DNA from: Nitrosopumilaceae archaeon
Lineage (GTDB): Archaea > Thermoproteota > Nitrososphaeria > Nitrososphaerales > Nitrosopumilaceae
Length of the DNA stretch: 35,114 nt
Reading direction: 5' to 3'
Assembly (NCBI GenBank): GCA_035288445.1
Contig: DATEAJ010000065.1
Coordinates: 1 to 35,114 of the forward strand
Shown: positions 27,116 through 35,114 of the stretch, one piece after another
How the letters are laid out: each line of letters begins with the position of its first letter
How positions within the stretch are numbered: the first letter of the stretch is position 1
Notes under the pieces: model-generated
What the model was told of the DNA's origin: nothing
What the model saw: only the letters and a program-made list of their open reading frames with translations
The model's database searches: none
Translations under genes and position numbers: made by a program

Positions 27116-28060
27116 CTACAGGTTGCCTTCTTGAATGTCCTTTAGTAACTGTATGATATCGTCTTTAGTGACTGGAATTGGATTAGGATCAAGATGTCCA
27201 TTGTCTGTCATCACAACATCCGCAGCTATATCAAATGGTGCCTTTAGAGCAAGTCTGTCAAACTTTAGTTTTTCAATTACTTCCTTGAATTTCTCATAAA
27301 ATATTGATTTGTTGAATCTGTGAGCAACTGTAGTACAGGAAGAAAGTGAATATCCGTGAGGTACTCCTTCATTAGAATACACATAGGAAAGAGCATGACC
27401 CAATGTGGTTGACGCATTTCCAAATCCAATTCCAGAAAGCATTGAACCATATGGATAGTTCTCTGGTTTGTTATTCATTATTGCATCATACAATACATCA
27501 AAGGCAGCTTTACACATCGTCTTTGTAAATTCGTTTCCTCTTTTACTATCATATCCTTCTGTTGCTTGTGCACATGCATCACATACTGAATTTTTGATAA
27601 TTGCTTCAGGTGTGCCATCTAAAAAATATGAATCTACGACAGCCATGTCTGCAAGGAATTTCTCATCTTGCAACAGCTTCTTTTTTCCATCAAATTTGAG
27701 TACACAGTAAGTAGTCATTTCACTACCAGTTCCAAATGTTGTAGGTATGAGGATCTTTGGAATCTTTAGTTCTGTTGCAGCATATTTTGCTACATCTTGT
27801 GAGCTACCACCGCCAAGACCGATTATGGCGGATAAATTCTTTGATTTATAATCTGAAATCACTTTTTGTACTGTTTCTATGGAAGGTTCTGGCTCAACCT
27901 TATCAAAGAGAATGTAATCTTTGATGCCCATTTTTGCAAGCCATTTTGATGATACTTCTGGTGGCGCAGTTGTTATAACGAGGGCATTTTTTGGATATTC
28001 AGTTTCAGAAAGTGCATTTTTTCCAAATTTGATTATCTTTGGTATTCTTATTGTATTCAT
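27116..28060 (-). CDS. iron-containing (group III) alcohol dehydrogenase family protein
   Basis: The 314-aa ORF has GLGGGSSQDVAKYAA and His-rich metal-site segments (TLGHALSY, VPHGY). It could be a semialdehyde reductase of the thaumarchaeal 3HP/4HB cycle, but that is a guess. Confidence 0.75.
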   Translation of the reverse strand: MNTIRIPKIIKFGKNALSETEYPKNALVITTAPPEVSSKWLAKMGIKDYILFDKVEPEPSIETVQKVISDYKSKNLSAIIGLGGGSSQDVAKYAATELKIPKILIPTTFGTGSEMTTYCVLKFDGKKKLLQDEKFLADMAVVDSYFLDGTPEAIIKNSVCDACAQATEGYDSKRGNEFTKTMCKAAFDVLYDAIMNNKPENYPYGSMLSGIGFGNASTTLGHALSYVYSNEGVPHGYSLSSCTTVAHRFNKSIFYEKFKEVIEKLKFDRLALKAPFDIAADVVMTDNGHLDPNPIPVTKDDIIQLLKDIQEGNL

Positions 28061-28130
28061 GCTAGCAAGTAGATTTGTGATTATTATTATACCTTACAGA
28101 ATATCAGAAACTACTTGCAGTGTTTGATAG

Positions 28131-29417
28131 ATGATAATTAAGAATTTTAGTGATCTTGCTACTGATAAGGACAAACATGTAACACTTAAAATATTGGAAT
28201 CTGGTCTGGTGGCTGGACTGCCTAACAATGTAATGCAAAAATTTGTGCGTAAAAACCAGATTTCTGTAGATAAATACACGAAATCTCTATCAAAATATGA
28301 CCGAATTTTTGTTATTGCATTCGGAAAGGCTGCAGATTCTATGACTAATGAAGCAAAATCACTAACTCACATTAGTGGCGGAATTGTTGTAATGCCAGAA
28401 GGATATAATTCCATATTGAAAACAAAAAAATTCGAAATCATCTATGCGGGTCATCCTATTCCAAATAAAAAAAGTGTCAAGGCAGCAAATAAAATTATAA
28501 AATTTCTAAAAGAAAGAAAAGAAAACGAACTTGTAATCTTTCTAGTTTCTGGTGGCGGTTCATCTCTTGTATCATTACCTAATGGAATAACGCTTGATGA
28601 AAAACGAGTCGTCACAGATCTGCTTATCAAGTGTGGTGCTAGTATTGAGGAAATCAATTGTGTAAGAAAACATCTTTCTAAAATAAAAGGGGGTAGAATC
28701 CTGGAGTATCTTAGATGTGACGCTATTTCACTTGTAATGTCTGATGTAATAGGTGATGATATCACATCTATTGCATCAGGAACAACATATTATGATAAAA
28801 CTACATTTTCTGACGCAGAAAAAATACTAAAAAAATACAATTTATTAAAATCTATGCCTGGCAATGTTTTGAAAAGAATACATCTTGGTATTGAAAAGAA
28901 AATCCCAGAAACGCCAAAACAACAGAAAATAAAAAATCAAATTATTGCTACAAACAAAAATTGTTTAAATGCAATGGAAAAAACATCAAAAAGTTTTGAA
29001 TTGACTTACAAAACGATTTATCCCGTTTCTGGTGATGTTAAACAAATTGCAAAAACCCTGGCAAAGCTTATTGTGAAAGCAAAACACAATTCATGTATTA
29101 TTTTTGGGGGGGAATCTACAGTCAAGGTGAAAGGTAAAGGAAAAGGAGGCAGAAATCAAGAATTAGTATTATACATATTAGAAGAAATTCAAAATGTAGA
29201 ACAAAATGTTACAGTTGCTTCAATAGGAACCGATGGTAAAGATGGAAATACTGACGCATGTGGAGCGATATTAAATAACAAAGTGAATCTTACTGATGTA
29301 AAAAAATTCTTGGCAAGAAACGATTCTTATAACTTTATAAAAAAATACAAAGGTATAGTATTTACAGGCCCCACTCATACAAATCTGATGGATATTGGCG
29401 TATTGCTAAAGCGATAA
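28131..29417 (+). CDS. glycerate 2-kinase / hydroxypyruvate reductase-like (DUF4147-MOFRL)
   Basis: The 428-aa ORF has the motifs LVSGGGSSL, KHLSKIKGG, GGESTVKVKGKGKGGRNQEL and GTDGKDG. Confidence 0.8.
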   Translation: MIIKNFSDLATDKDKHVTLKILESGLVAGLPNNVMQKFVRKNQISVDKYTKSLSKYDRIFVIAFGKAADSMTNEAKSLTHISGGIVVMPEGYNSILKTKKFEIIYAGHPIPNKKSVKAANKIIKFLKERKENELVIFLVSGGGSSLVSLPNGITLDEKRVVTDLLIKCGASIEEINCVRKHLSKIKGGRILEYLRCDAISLVMSDVIGDDITSIASGTTYYDKTTFSDAEKILKKYNLLKSMPGNVLKRIHLGIEKKIPETPKQQKIKNQIIATNKNCLNAMEKTSKSFELTYKTIYPVSGDVKQIAKTLAKLIVKAKHNSCIIFGGESTVKVKGKGKGGRNQELVLYILEEIQNVEQNVTVASIGTDGKDGNTDACGAILNNKVNLTDVKKFLARNDSYNFIKKYKGIVFTGPTHTNLMDIGVLLKR

Positions 29418-29792
29418 TGCTTTTGTGGCAATATTTTGTTCAGGTTTAATTAATTCATATTTTATAACTAACTTTCTTTGTTCCATTAGTTGTCTTATGA
29501 AACTAGTTCTTGTTTCTATGAAAGAATCCGCACTTATCGTATTGTTAGATAGATGATCGTATATTGATTTTGAATCAAGCATGATTTTTACGATGTCGCC
29601 ATTTTTTATTATGAATCTTCCAATGCACCAAAATATTCCTACATGAAGTGCAATATACTTTGATTGTTCAACTGATACTCTATCTAAATAGTTCTCTGCA
29701 TGATCTCTATGTTGTTCAACAGCGGTTTTCTCATTTTGAATAACCCATGAGATCCGTTTTTGATCTCCATCAGAAAAATAGACATGCTCCAT
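29406..29792 (-). CDS. hypothetical protein, possibly RNase H-like fold
   Basis: In the 128-aa ORF, FSDGD, EQSKYIALHVGI and IMLDSKSIY are spaced like the D-E-D core of RNase H/RVT_3 domains. This is a by-eye judgement only. Confidence 0.45.
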   Translation of the reverse strand: MEHVYFSDGDQKRISWVIQNEKTAVEQHRDHAENYLDRVSVEQSKYIALHVGIFWCIGRFIIKNGDIVKIMLDSKSIYDHLSNNTISADSFIETRTSFIRQLMEQRKLVIKYELIKPEQNIATKALSL

Positions 29793-29869
29793 ATGTCAAC
29801 CAAAAACGTGTTGATAGTCTATATATTTTGAATACAGAGCTGAATAACCAAAATAGAAATCTGGTACTG

Positions 29870-30076
29870 ATGCTAGAACCTCACTCTTTCTTCACAAACA
29901 TGGTGGATGAATTGGTTGAGTTTTCTGAATATGACTCAGAGCTTGCAGACGGTTTAAGATGGATTGACAGTGAAGCACAAAAGCGTGGAATTACATTCTA
30001 CGAGATGGTATTTTTCGTACTTCACAAATATGATGTAAATGTCAAAGCCAGAGAATGGCTAGAGACAAGAAACTAG
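29870..30076 (+). CDS. small conserved protein (paralogue of 31380..31616)
   Basis: The ATG at 29870 clears the divergent upstream gene and gives 68 aa. The protein shares the VDE-V ... D-EA---GI-FY-M block with the 31380 protein. The ORF track starts at 29747. Confidence 0.5.
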   Translation: MLEPHSFFTNMVDELVEFSEYDSELADGLRWIDSEAQKRGITFYEMVFFVLHKYDVNVKAREWLETRN

Positions 30077-31239
30077 TGTAATCTTTTTTCAAGTGGAATG
30101 TATTCACAACCTGATGGGCCGCAATATTTTCCAACATAGACTGCTTTTGGTCTGTAAAGCATAGGCTTTGGTGCAGCTTCTGCAAATTTTTCTTCAATGA
30201 TGTGCGATGTCCATCCTGCGACTCTGGATATTGCAAAAATTGGTGTATTCAGATCTGGTGGAATATTTAGCATATAGTATGTAGAGGCACTATACAGATC
30301 AACGTTTGGAAAGATATCTGAACCCTTTATCTTCTTCATCTCTTCTGCAGTGATGTCTTCAATTTTTTTTGTGATCTTAAACCATGGCTCACCTGTTTTT
30401 TCAGATAATCGCCTCGATAACTCTCTTAAGACTTCGGCACGAGGATCAAATGTTTTGTATACTGCATGACCCATTCCCATTATTTTTTTCCCTTGGGCAA
30501 GTTTTTCCTTAATCCGTGATTCGACTCTGTCTTCTGTTTTTATATCTAGAAGCATCTGCATTACTTGGTAATTTGCCCCGCCGTGTAATTCGCCACTTAG
30601 AGCTCCAATGGCAGCACTTACTGCTGCATACATATGTGCCCTTGTAGAAACAACTTCTCTTGCAGCAAAAGTTGAAGCATTAAAGCTATGCTCTGCATGT
30701 AAAATTAAACAAATATCAAAAATCCTTGCCAATTCATCATCTGGCTCATTTCCAGTTAGCATATACAGGAAATTTCCTGCATGTTTAAGTTTTTTTGAAG
30801 GTCTCACTAACTCTTTTCCATTTCGAATTCTATCCCAATATGCGACAATTATGGGAATTTTTGCGATGAGTTGAATTGCTCTGTTATAATTAGTATCGCG
30901 ATCATCTGTTTTTTTAGTATCATATGATGCAAGTGCTGAAACTGTGGACTGGAGAACATCCATGGGGTTTGAGTTTTTAGGTAGATTTTTGAGGATTTTT
31001 TCAATTCCCTCAGGAATCTCACGTGATGCTATAAGATTATTGAAAAAGTCATTTAGCATATCCTGTGTTGGTAGATCATCATTGAGTAACATGCATGCAG
31101 TTTCTTCAAAGGTGGATTTTTTGACCAAATCTAAAATGTCGTATCCTCGATAGATCAGTTTGCCATTTATCCCGTCAATTGCAGAAATCTTAGTATCAGC
31201 TACTTCTATGTTACGAAGACCTATGTTTTTTGTCTCCAC
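30073..31239 (-). CDS. gltA: citrate synthase
   Basis: The 388-aa ORF has the motifs LILHAEH, GELHGGAN and MGHAVYKTFDPRA. It uses a GTG start. Confidence 0.93.
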   Translation of the reverse strand: METKNIGLRNIEVADTKISAIDGINGKLIYRGYDILDLVKKSTFEETACMLLNDDLPTQDMLNDFFNNLIASREIPEGIEKILKNLPKNSNPMDVLQSTVSALASYDTKKTDDRDTNYNRAIQLIAKIPIIVAYWDRIRNGKELVRPSKKLKHAGNFLYMLTGNEPDDELARIFDICLILHAEHSFNASTFAAREVVSTRAHMYAAVSAAIGALSGELHGGANYQVMQMLLDIKTEDRVESRIKEKLAQGKKIMGMGHAVYKTFDPRAEVLRELSRRLSEKTGEPWFKITKKIEDITAEEMKKIKGSDIFPNVDLYSASTYYMLNIPPDLNTPIFAISRVAGWTSHIIEEKFAEAAPKPMLYRPKAVYVGKYCGPSGCEYIPLEKRLH

Positions 31240-31379
31240 TAGATTAACTTCAAAAACTGCATATTAAAGTCATACGAAAAAATTGTCTAGACTCAAGTCA
31301 ACAATTAATTTAAAAATTAAGCAATTTGTCTAATCTAACAACTCTGATCCATATAGGAGAATTTTTAGATTACCTAAAA

Positions 31380-31616
31380 ATGACAGAATTAGAACGAGAT
31401 TTTATCAAACTCGTTGATGAGTTTGTAATTAATTCTACTGATGCAGAAATTCTAGAAGAAATTGGGAAACTTGACATGGAAGCACGATTGTTGGGAATTT
31501 CATTTTATGATATGTATTGTGTAATATTGCAAGATGTAGCTGGTCACCAAAATCTTGTTTCTCAATTCAAAATTTACATGCAGTCAAGAAAAATCACTAA
31601 ATCGTTTTTAGTTTAA
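31380..31616 (+). CDS. small conserved protein (paralogue of 29870..30076)
   Basis: The protein is 78 aa from the ATG at 31380; the ORF track starts at the TTG at 31326. It carries the shared block FIKLVDEFV ... LDMEARLLGISFYDM. Confidence 0.5.
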   Translation: MTELERDFIKLVDEFVINSTDAEILEEIGKLDMEARLLGISFYDMYCVILQDVAGHQNLVSQFKIYMQSRKITKSFLV

Positions 31617-31645
31617 ATGAGGGTGGTTATGCCATTGATTATTCC

Positions 31646-32626
31646 ATGGCACGAACAAAAATCATATGTGTATCACATAAAGAAGATGCAGACGGTATAG
31701 GGGCTGCATCATTAATCAGGCAAGCCTTTGGTGGAGAAACAAGACTTGTAGATTATCCTGGGTTAATGAATGAGCTTGAACTGTTAAAAAATAATGAGTC
31801 ATTAAAGACTCTCTATATTTGCGATCTAGGTCTTAGTAAGACAAATCAGGATCAATTTATTGAACTTCTTACATCTCTTAGGAAAAAACGAGTCTCAGTA
31901 ACATACATTGATCATCATGACTTGGATGAAAAAATAAAAAAGAAAATTCAAGCACTAAAAGTTAAACTAATTCATAATGTCAATGAATGCACTACTGTTC
32001 AGGTGTATGACGCATTCAAATCTAAACTAACCGATCATAGTGCATTCCTAGCTGCATGCTCAGCCGTTACAGATTACATGGAAGACAGACCTCTGGGTTC
32101 TAAACTTTTACAGAAATTTGATAGACAGTTTGTCTTACTTGAAGCAACAGTTCTTACTTTTACAATAGTTAGTCATCAAAAAGACAATGAATATCTGTTA
32201 TATCTTGTTGATGAGCTAAGTGAATCAAAATATCCTCATAACATTCCAAATTCTTTTGAATACGCTAGAATACAAGCAGAAAAAATTTCTGGTGTGATTC
32301 AGAAAGTAAAGGACAACATGAAGATGATGAAAAACCTATCATACATGGAAGTGACTGATTCTGGAGCAAGCATGGTAGTAAATTTTGTTTTGGGTATGTC
32401 AGGTAAAAATGTTGGGGTATCATACAAATTGAGAGAAGATCATGGCATATACGCTGTTTCAATTCGCGGTTCTAGAAATTGCAAAATACATCTTGGGAAA
32501 ATTGTTAATGCTCTTGCTACTGAACTTGGAGGTTCAGGGGGAGGACACGACAAAGCATGTGGGGCAGTAATTCCAAAAGACGAAATTTCAGTATTTCTTA
32601 AAAAATTTAATTCAAAACTAAATTAA
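31646..32626 (+). CDS. DHH/DHHA1-family phosphoesterase (NrnA-like)
   Basis: The 326-aa ORF has the motifs HKEDADGIGAA, CDLG, IDHHD and C-terminal GGSGGGHDKACG. Confidence 0.8.
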   Translation: MARTKIICVSHKEDADGIGAASLIRQAFGGETRLVDYPGLMNELELLKNNESLKTLYICDLGLSKTNQDQFIELLTSLRKKRVSVTYIDHHDLDEKIKKKIQALKVKLIHNVNECTTVQVYDAFKSKLTDHSAFLAACSAVTDYMEDRPLGSKLLQKFDRQFVLLEATVLTFTIVSHQKDNEYLLYLVDELSESKYPHNIPNSFEYARIQAEKISGVIQKVKDNMKMMKNLSYMEVTDSGASMVVNFVLGMSGKNVGVSYKLREDHGIYAVSIRGSRNCKIHLGKIVNALATELGGSGGGHDKACGAVIPKDEISVFLKKFNSKLN

Positions 32627-32846
32627 CAATTTGTATTACCTAGCCAAGAGAATTAAACCAAATTAATCCTTCATAATTTGAAAACAACCTTGGGTTTCAA
32701 TAATGTTTCCCAAGGACCAAAATACAAATGATTCGCAGAACAGACCTGACTGTCTTTTTAGAGAAAAAAGTAACTGAATTCCTCAATTATCTGATCTTTC
32801 AGGAAAACAATAGAAATTTAAACCATGTATAAACAAATTATCGTCT

Positions 32847-33701
32847 ATGCAAGTTGGCATGCACGTTTCTATTGCAAATGGTCTTGATAGCTCGATCAAC
32901 AATGCTGTTGCTATGGGGTGTACTGCATTTCAGATTTTCACAAGAAATCCGCGTGGTTGGACCTCAAAACCGCTTTCAAAAAAAGATATCACAAATTTCA
33001 AAAAAAGGCTAGTTACAAGCAAGATTGATAGATTTGCAACTGCTGCACACATGCCATATTTGCCAAACTTTTCTTCGCCTGAGGCAGTACCTTTTATGAG
33101 ATCATTGAATTCATTAATTGACGAGGCAAAAAGATGTAGTAAGCTTGGAATCCCATATCTTGTAGCTCATCTTGGTAGCCACAAAGGAATAGGTGAAGAG
33201 AAAGGAATAGAAACAGTTGTCAAGGCATTCACAAAAGCTGCTAAAGAAACACCAAGTGATGTTACTTTCCTTCTTGAAAATAATGTAGGATTTAAAAACA
33301 GTGTTGGCTCTGACTTTGAGCAGATTGCCTCTATCTTCTTTCGCCTAAGGCCCTTAGATAGATTTGGAATATGTTTTGATTCTTGTCATGCGTTTGCTGC
33401 AGGATATGACATGCGAACAGAAAAGGCTGCTTCTTTAACACTAAAGAAATTTGATGAAATAGTAGGTTTCAAACACATCAAATTATTCCATCTAAACGAT
33501 TCAAAGGGAGAACTAGGATGCAACATCGACAGGCATGAGCATCTAGGACTAGGCCATATTGGTACAGGTGGTCTTGGTAAAGTTATAAAACTTGCCAACG
33601 CAAAAAAAATTCCTATCATTTTGGAAACGCCAATAGATGATAGACGTGATGACACTGGAAACATGAAAAAAGTAAAAGAATTGGCTCGCAAAGTATCTTA
33701 A
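32847..33701 (+). CDS. nfo: deoxyribonuclease IV (endonuclease IV, AP endonuclease)
   Basis: The 284-aa ORF has the motifs AHMPYLPNFSSP, VAHLGSH, LLEN, CFDSCHAFAAGYD, HLNDSK and DRHEHLG. Confidence 0.92.
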   Translation: MQVGMHVSIANGLDSSINNAVAMGCTAFQIFTRNPRGWTSKPLSKKDITNFKKRLVTSKIDRFATAAHMPYLPNFSSPEAVPFMRSLNSLIDEAKRCSKLGIPYLVAHLGSHKGIGEEKGIETVVKAFTKAAKETPSDVTFLLENNVGFKNSVGSDFEQIASIFFRLRPLDRFGICFDSCHAFAAGYDMRTEKAASLTLKKFDEIVGFKHIKLFHLNDSKGELGCNIDRHEHLGLGHIGTGGLGKVIKLANAKKIPIILETPIDDRRDDTGNMKKVKELARKVS

Positions 33702-33724
33702 GAGCGATAATATTGACTTAAAAT

Positions 33725-34180
33725 TTAAGTGAGTTCAACTATCAAATCTATTTCTACAGCAGAGTTTAGTGGAAGACTAGAAACTCCTACTGCAATTCTA
33801 GCATGCTGACCTTTCTTTTCAAAAATTTCAAAAAGTAAATCTGATGCACCATTAATTACTTTTGGCTGTTCGGTAAACTCTGGAGGAGAATTTACAAAAC
33901 CAGATATGCGAACAATTTTTGAAATTTTATCCAAATTTCCAAATTCGGATTTTAGTTGAGCAAGTGCATTTATTATGCATAATCGAGCTGCTTTTTGTGC
34001 ATCTTCTATTGACAAATCTTTTGTGACTTTGCCTGAATAGAGTACCTTGCCATCACTTATTGGAATCTGACCAGACACAAAAACAAGATTCCCTGTTCTC
34101 ACTACTGGTATGTACGAACCAGCTGGCTTTGGGGGATTAGGAAGTGTAATTCCAAGTGTACATAGTTTTTCTTCAATCAC
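33725..34180 (-). CDS. RidA/YjgF-family protein
   Basis: The 151-aa ORF has the motifs VFVSGQIP, ARIAVGVSSLPLNSAVEIDLIVE. Confidence 0.85.
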   Translation of the reverse strand: MIEEKLCTLGITLPNPPKPAGSYIPVVRTGNLVFVSGQIPISDGKVLYSGKVTKDLSIEDAQKAARLCIINALAQLKSEFGNLDKISKIVRISGFVNSPPEFTEQPKVINGASDLLFEIFEKKGQHARIAVGVSSLPLNSAVEIDLIVELT

Positions 34181-34251
34181 AAAAGTTGTTTTTACTATAT
34201 GTCCTTTAACTCTATCTTAGAACTAGAATCGATTTTCATTTTTGGCAGACC

Positions 34252-34262
34252 ATATTTTAATA
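34252..34262 (+). promoter_or_regulatory. TATA-box-like element for the 34286 gene
   Basis: The element atattttaata is centred about 29 nt upstream of the ATG at 34286. Confidence 0.35.
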
Positions 34263-34285
34263 GTTATGTTTAGAAGATAATTCAG

Positions 34286-34570
34286 ATGCAACTAGAAGAA
34301 CCAAATGATTTGTTGAATGCACTAGTAAACTTAAATGACAAAGATCCATTACAATTTGAACCATCTGAAAGAACAGAACGTGTAGACCCTCTTAGGTACA
34401 AATCACAAGAATTGCTTGAATATCTATCTATCATAAAAATGGGGTTGGAAATTATTAAAGAAAGTTCAAAAGGGCGGGTAGACAAAAAAATTAAAGAACA
34501 GTTTACAAGAATTGATAGAGCCATCTCAACTATGACTCATAAACTACTAGAATCAGGATCTCCTGATTAA
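34286..34570 (+). CDS. hypothetical small helical protein
   Basis: This is a 94-aa ORF with a TATA-like box about 29 nt upstream of the ATG. Confidence 0.45.
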   Translation: MQLEEPNDLLNALVNLNDKDPLQFEPSERTERVDPLRYKSQELLEYLSIIKMGLEIIKESSKGRVDKKIKEQFTRIDRAISTMTHKLLESGSPD

Positions 34571-34623
34571 ATTCTTAAAACACATTAGATTATCTTCATA
34601 TATTCCCGCGGAAAATTATCTAT

Positions 34624-34866
34624 ATGTCAAAATCCGAATCAAAAGGGCAGAAAGTACAAAAAGAATTAGATATTATATTGTCCCGACTCAATGCTCTTGA
34701 AGCATCTACAACAGATAATGCTCAAAAATCAATTATTGGTGTCTTACGTGTACTTGCTGAAACTCAGATTCATTCTTTAAATGAACTTGAACACATCAAA
34801 AAAGGATTGGATCTACTCATGATGCAGATCTTTAAAGTAGAAAACAAAGTAGATTCGTCACTTTAA
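34624..34866 (+). CDS. hypothetical small coiled-coil-like protein
   Basis: This is an 80-aa ORF with heptad-like hydrophobic spacing. Confidence 0.45.
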   Translation: MSKSESKGQKVQKELDIILSRLNALEASTTDNAQKSIIGVLRVLAETQIHSLNELEHIKKGLDLLMMQIFKVENKVDSSL

Positions 34867-35026
34867 AACAGTATGCTAAGACCGCATGTGTGAATTTCAT
34901 CAGGTAGTATTTTTCATGTTCATGCGAATTTTCATATCTTTACCCCACAACATGGACATTGCATGATGATGTAGTGATATAACATGAATAAAAGATTAAA
35001 TTCAGGATCCCGTTGCTTTGAAACAA

Positions 35027-35114
35027 ATGAAAGATCCTCATAATTACAGAGCTGTAGGTTGGTCTATGGTCGCAGTAGCTGGATCCCTTGCTGCTATTGG
35101 TCTACTTCTTTTAG
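35027..35114 (+). CDS. 5' end of a membrane protein (runs off the window)
   Basis: An ATG at 35027 opens MKDPHNYRAVGWSMVAVAGSLAAIGLLLL, which is still open at the window edge. Confidence 0.3.
   Translation, partial: MKDPHNYRAVGWSMVAVAGSLAAIGLLLL

Noticed and set aside
1-35114. I searched for tRNA/rRNA genes, CRISPR arrays, transposases or integrases, terminal inverted repeats and defence-system genes.
   Set aside because: I noticed no GC-rich structured islands, no regularly spaced direct repeats, and no recombinase, nuclease-helicase or toxin-like gene sets. The window reads as core chromosome.

Overview
This is an AT-rich (about one-third GC by eye), tightly packed archaeal chromosome segment. 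Gene content and protein sequences look like a Nitrosopumilus-type ammonia-oxidising thaumarchaeon; that is inference, since no search was possible. The window is mostly housekeeping. It holds carA-carB, a purine/folate group (purD, 5-formyl-THF cyclo-ligase, folD, purN), and a block of lineage-specific small, membrane and regulator proteins at about 9-16 kb. It also holds a bacterial-type uvrB-uvrA-uvrC cluster next to an MBL/beta-CASP nuclease, then central-metabolism genes (LLM/F420-type oxidoreductase, Fe-alcohol dehydrogenase, glycerate 2-kinase, citrate synthase), a DHH phosphoesterase, endonuclease IV and RidA. I see no rRNA, tRNA, CRISPR array, transposase, integrase or recognisable defence system. 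The one unusual thing is at the 5' end of carAB. carB is interrupted exactly inside its invariant EFDYSG motif by a 21-nt in-frame insert that carries a TAA. The insert folds into a bulged hairpin whose geometry matches a relaxed archaeal bulge-helix-bulge splice substrate; it also has a take-off/landing codon arrangement compatible with translational bypass. In addition, neither carA nor carB has a canonical start codon where homology says the protein begins. The rest of both genes is intact. The options are mRNA splicing or recoding, very recent gene decay, or an assembly error, and all three can be tested. Lesser observations are two paralogous small proteins bracketing citrate synthase, two paralogous multi-pass membrane proteins linked to a shared small helical domain, a Cys-rich 37-aa micro-ORF, and a UvrC that ends before the (HhH)2 domain.
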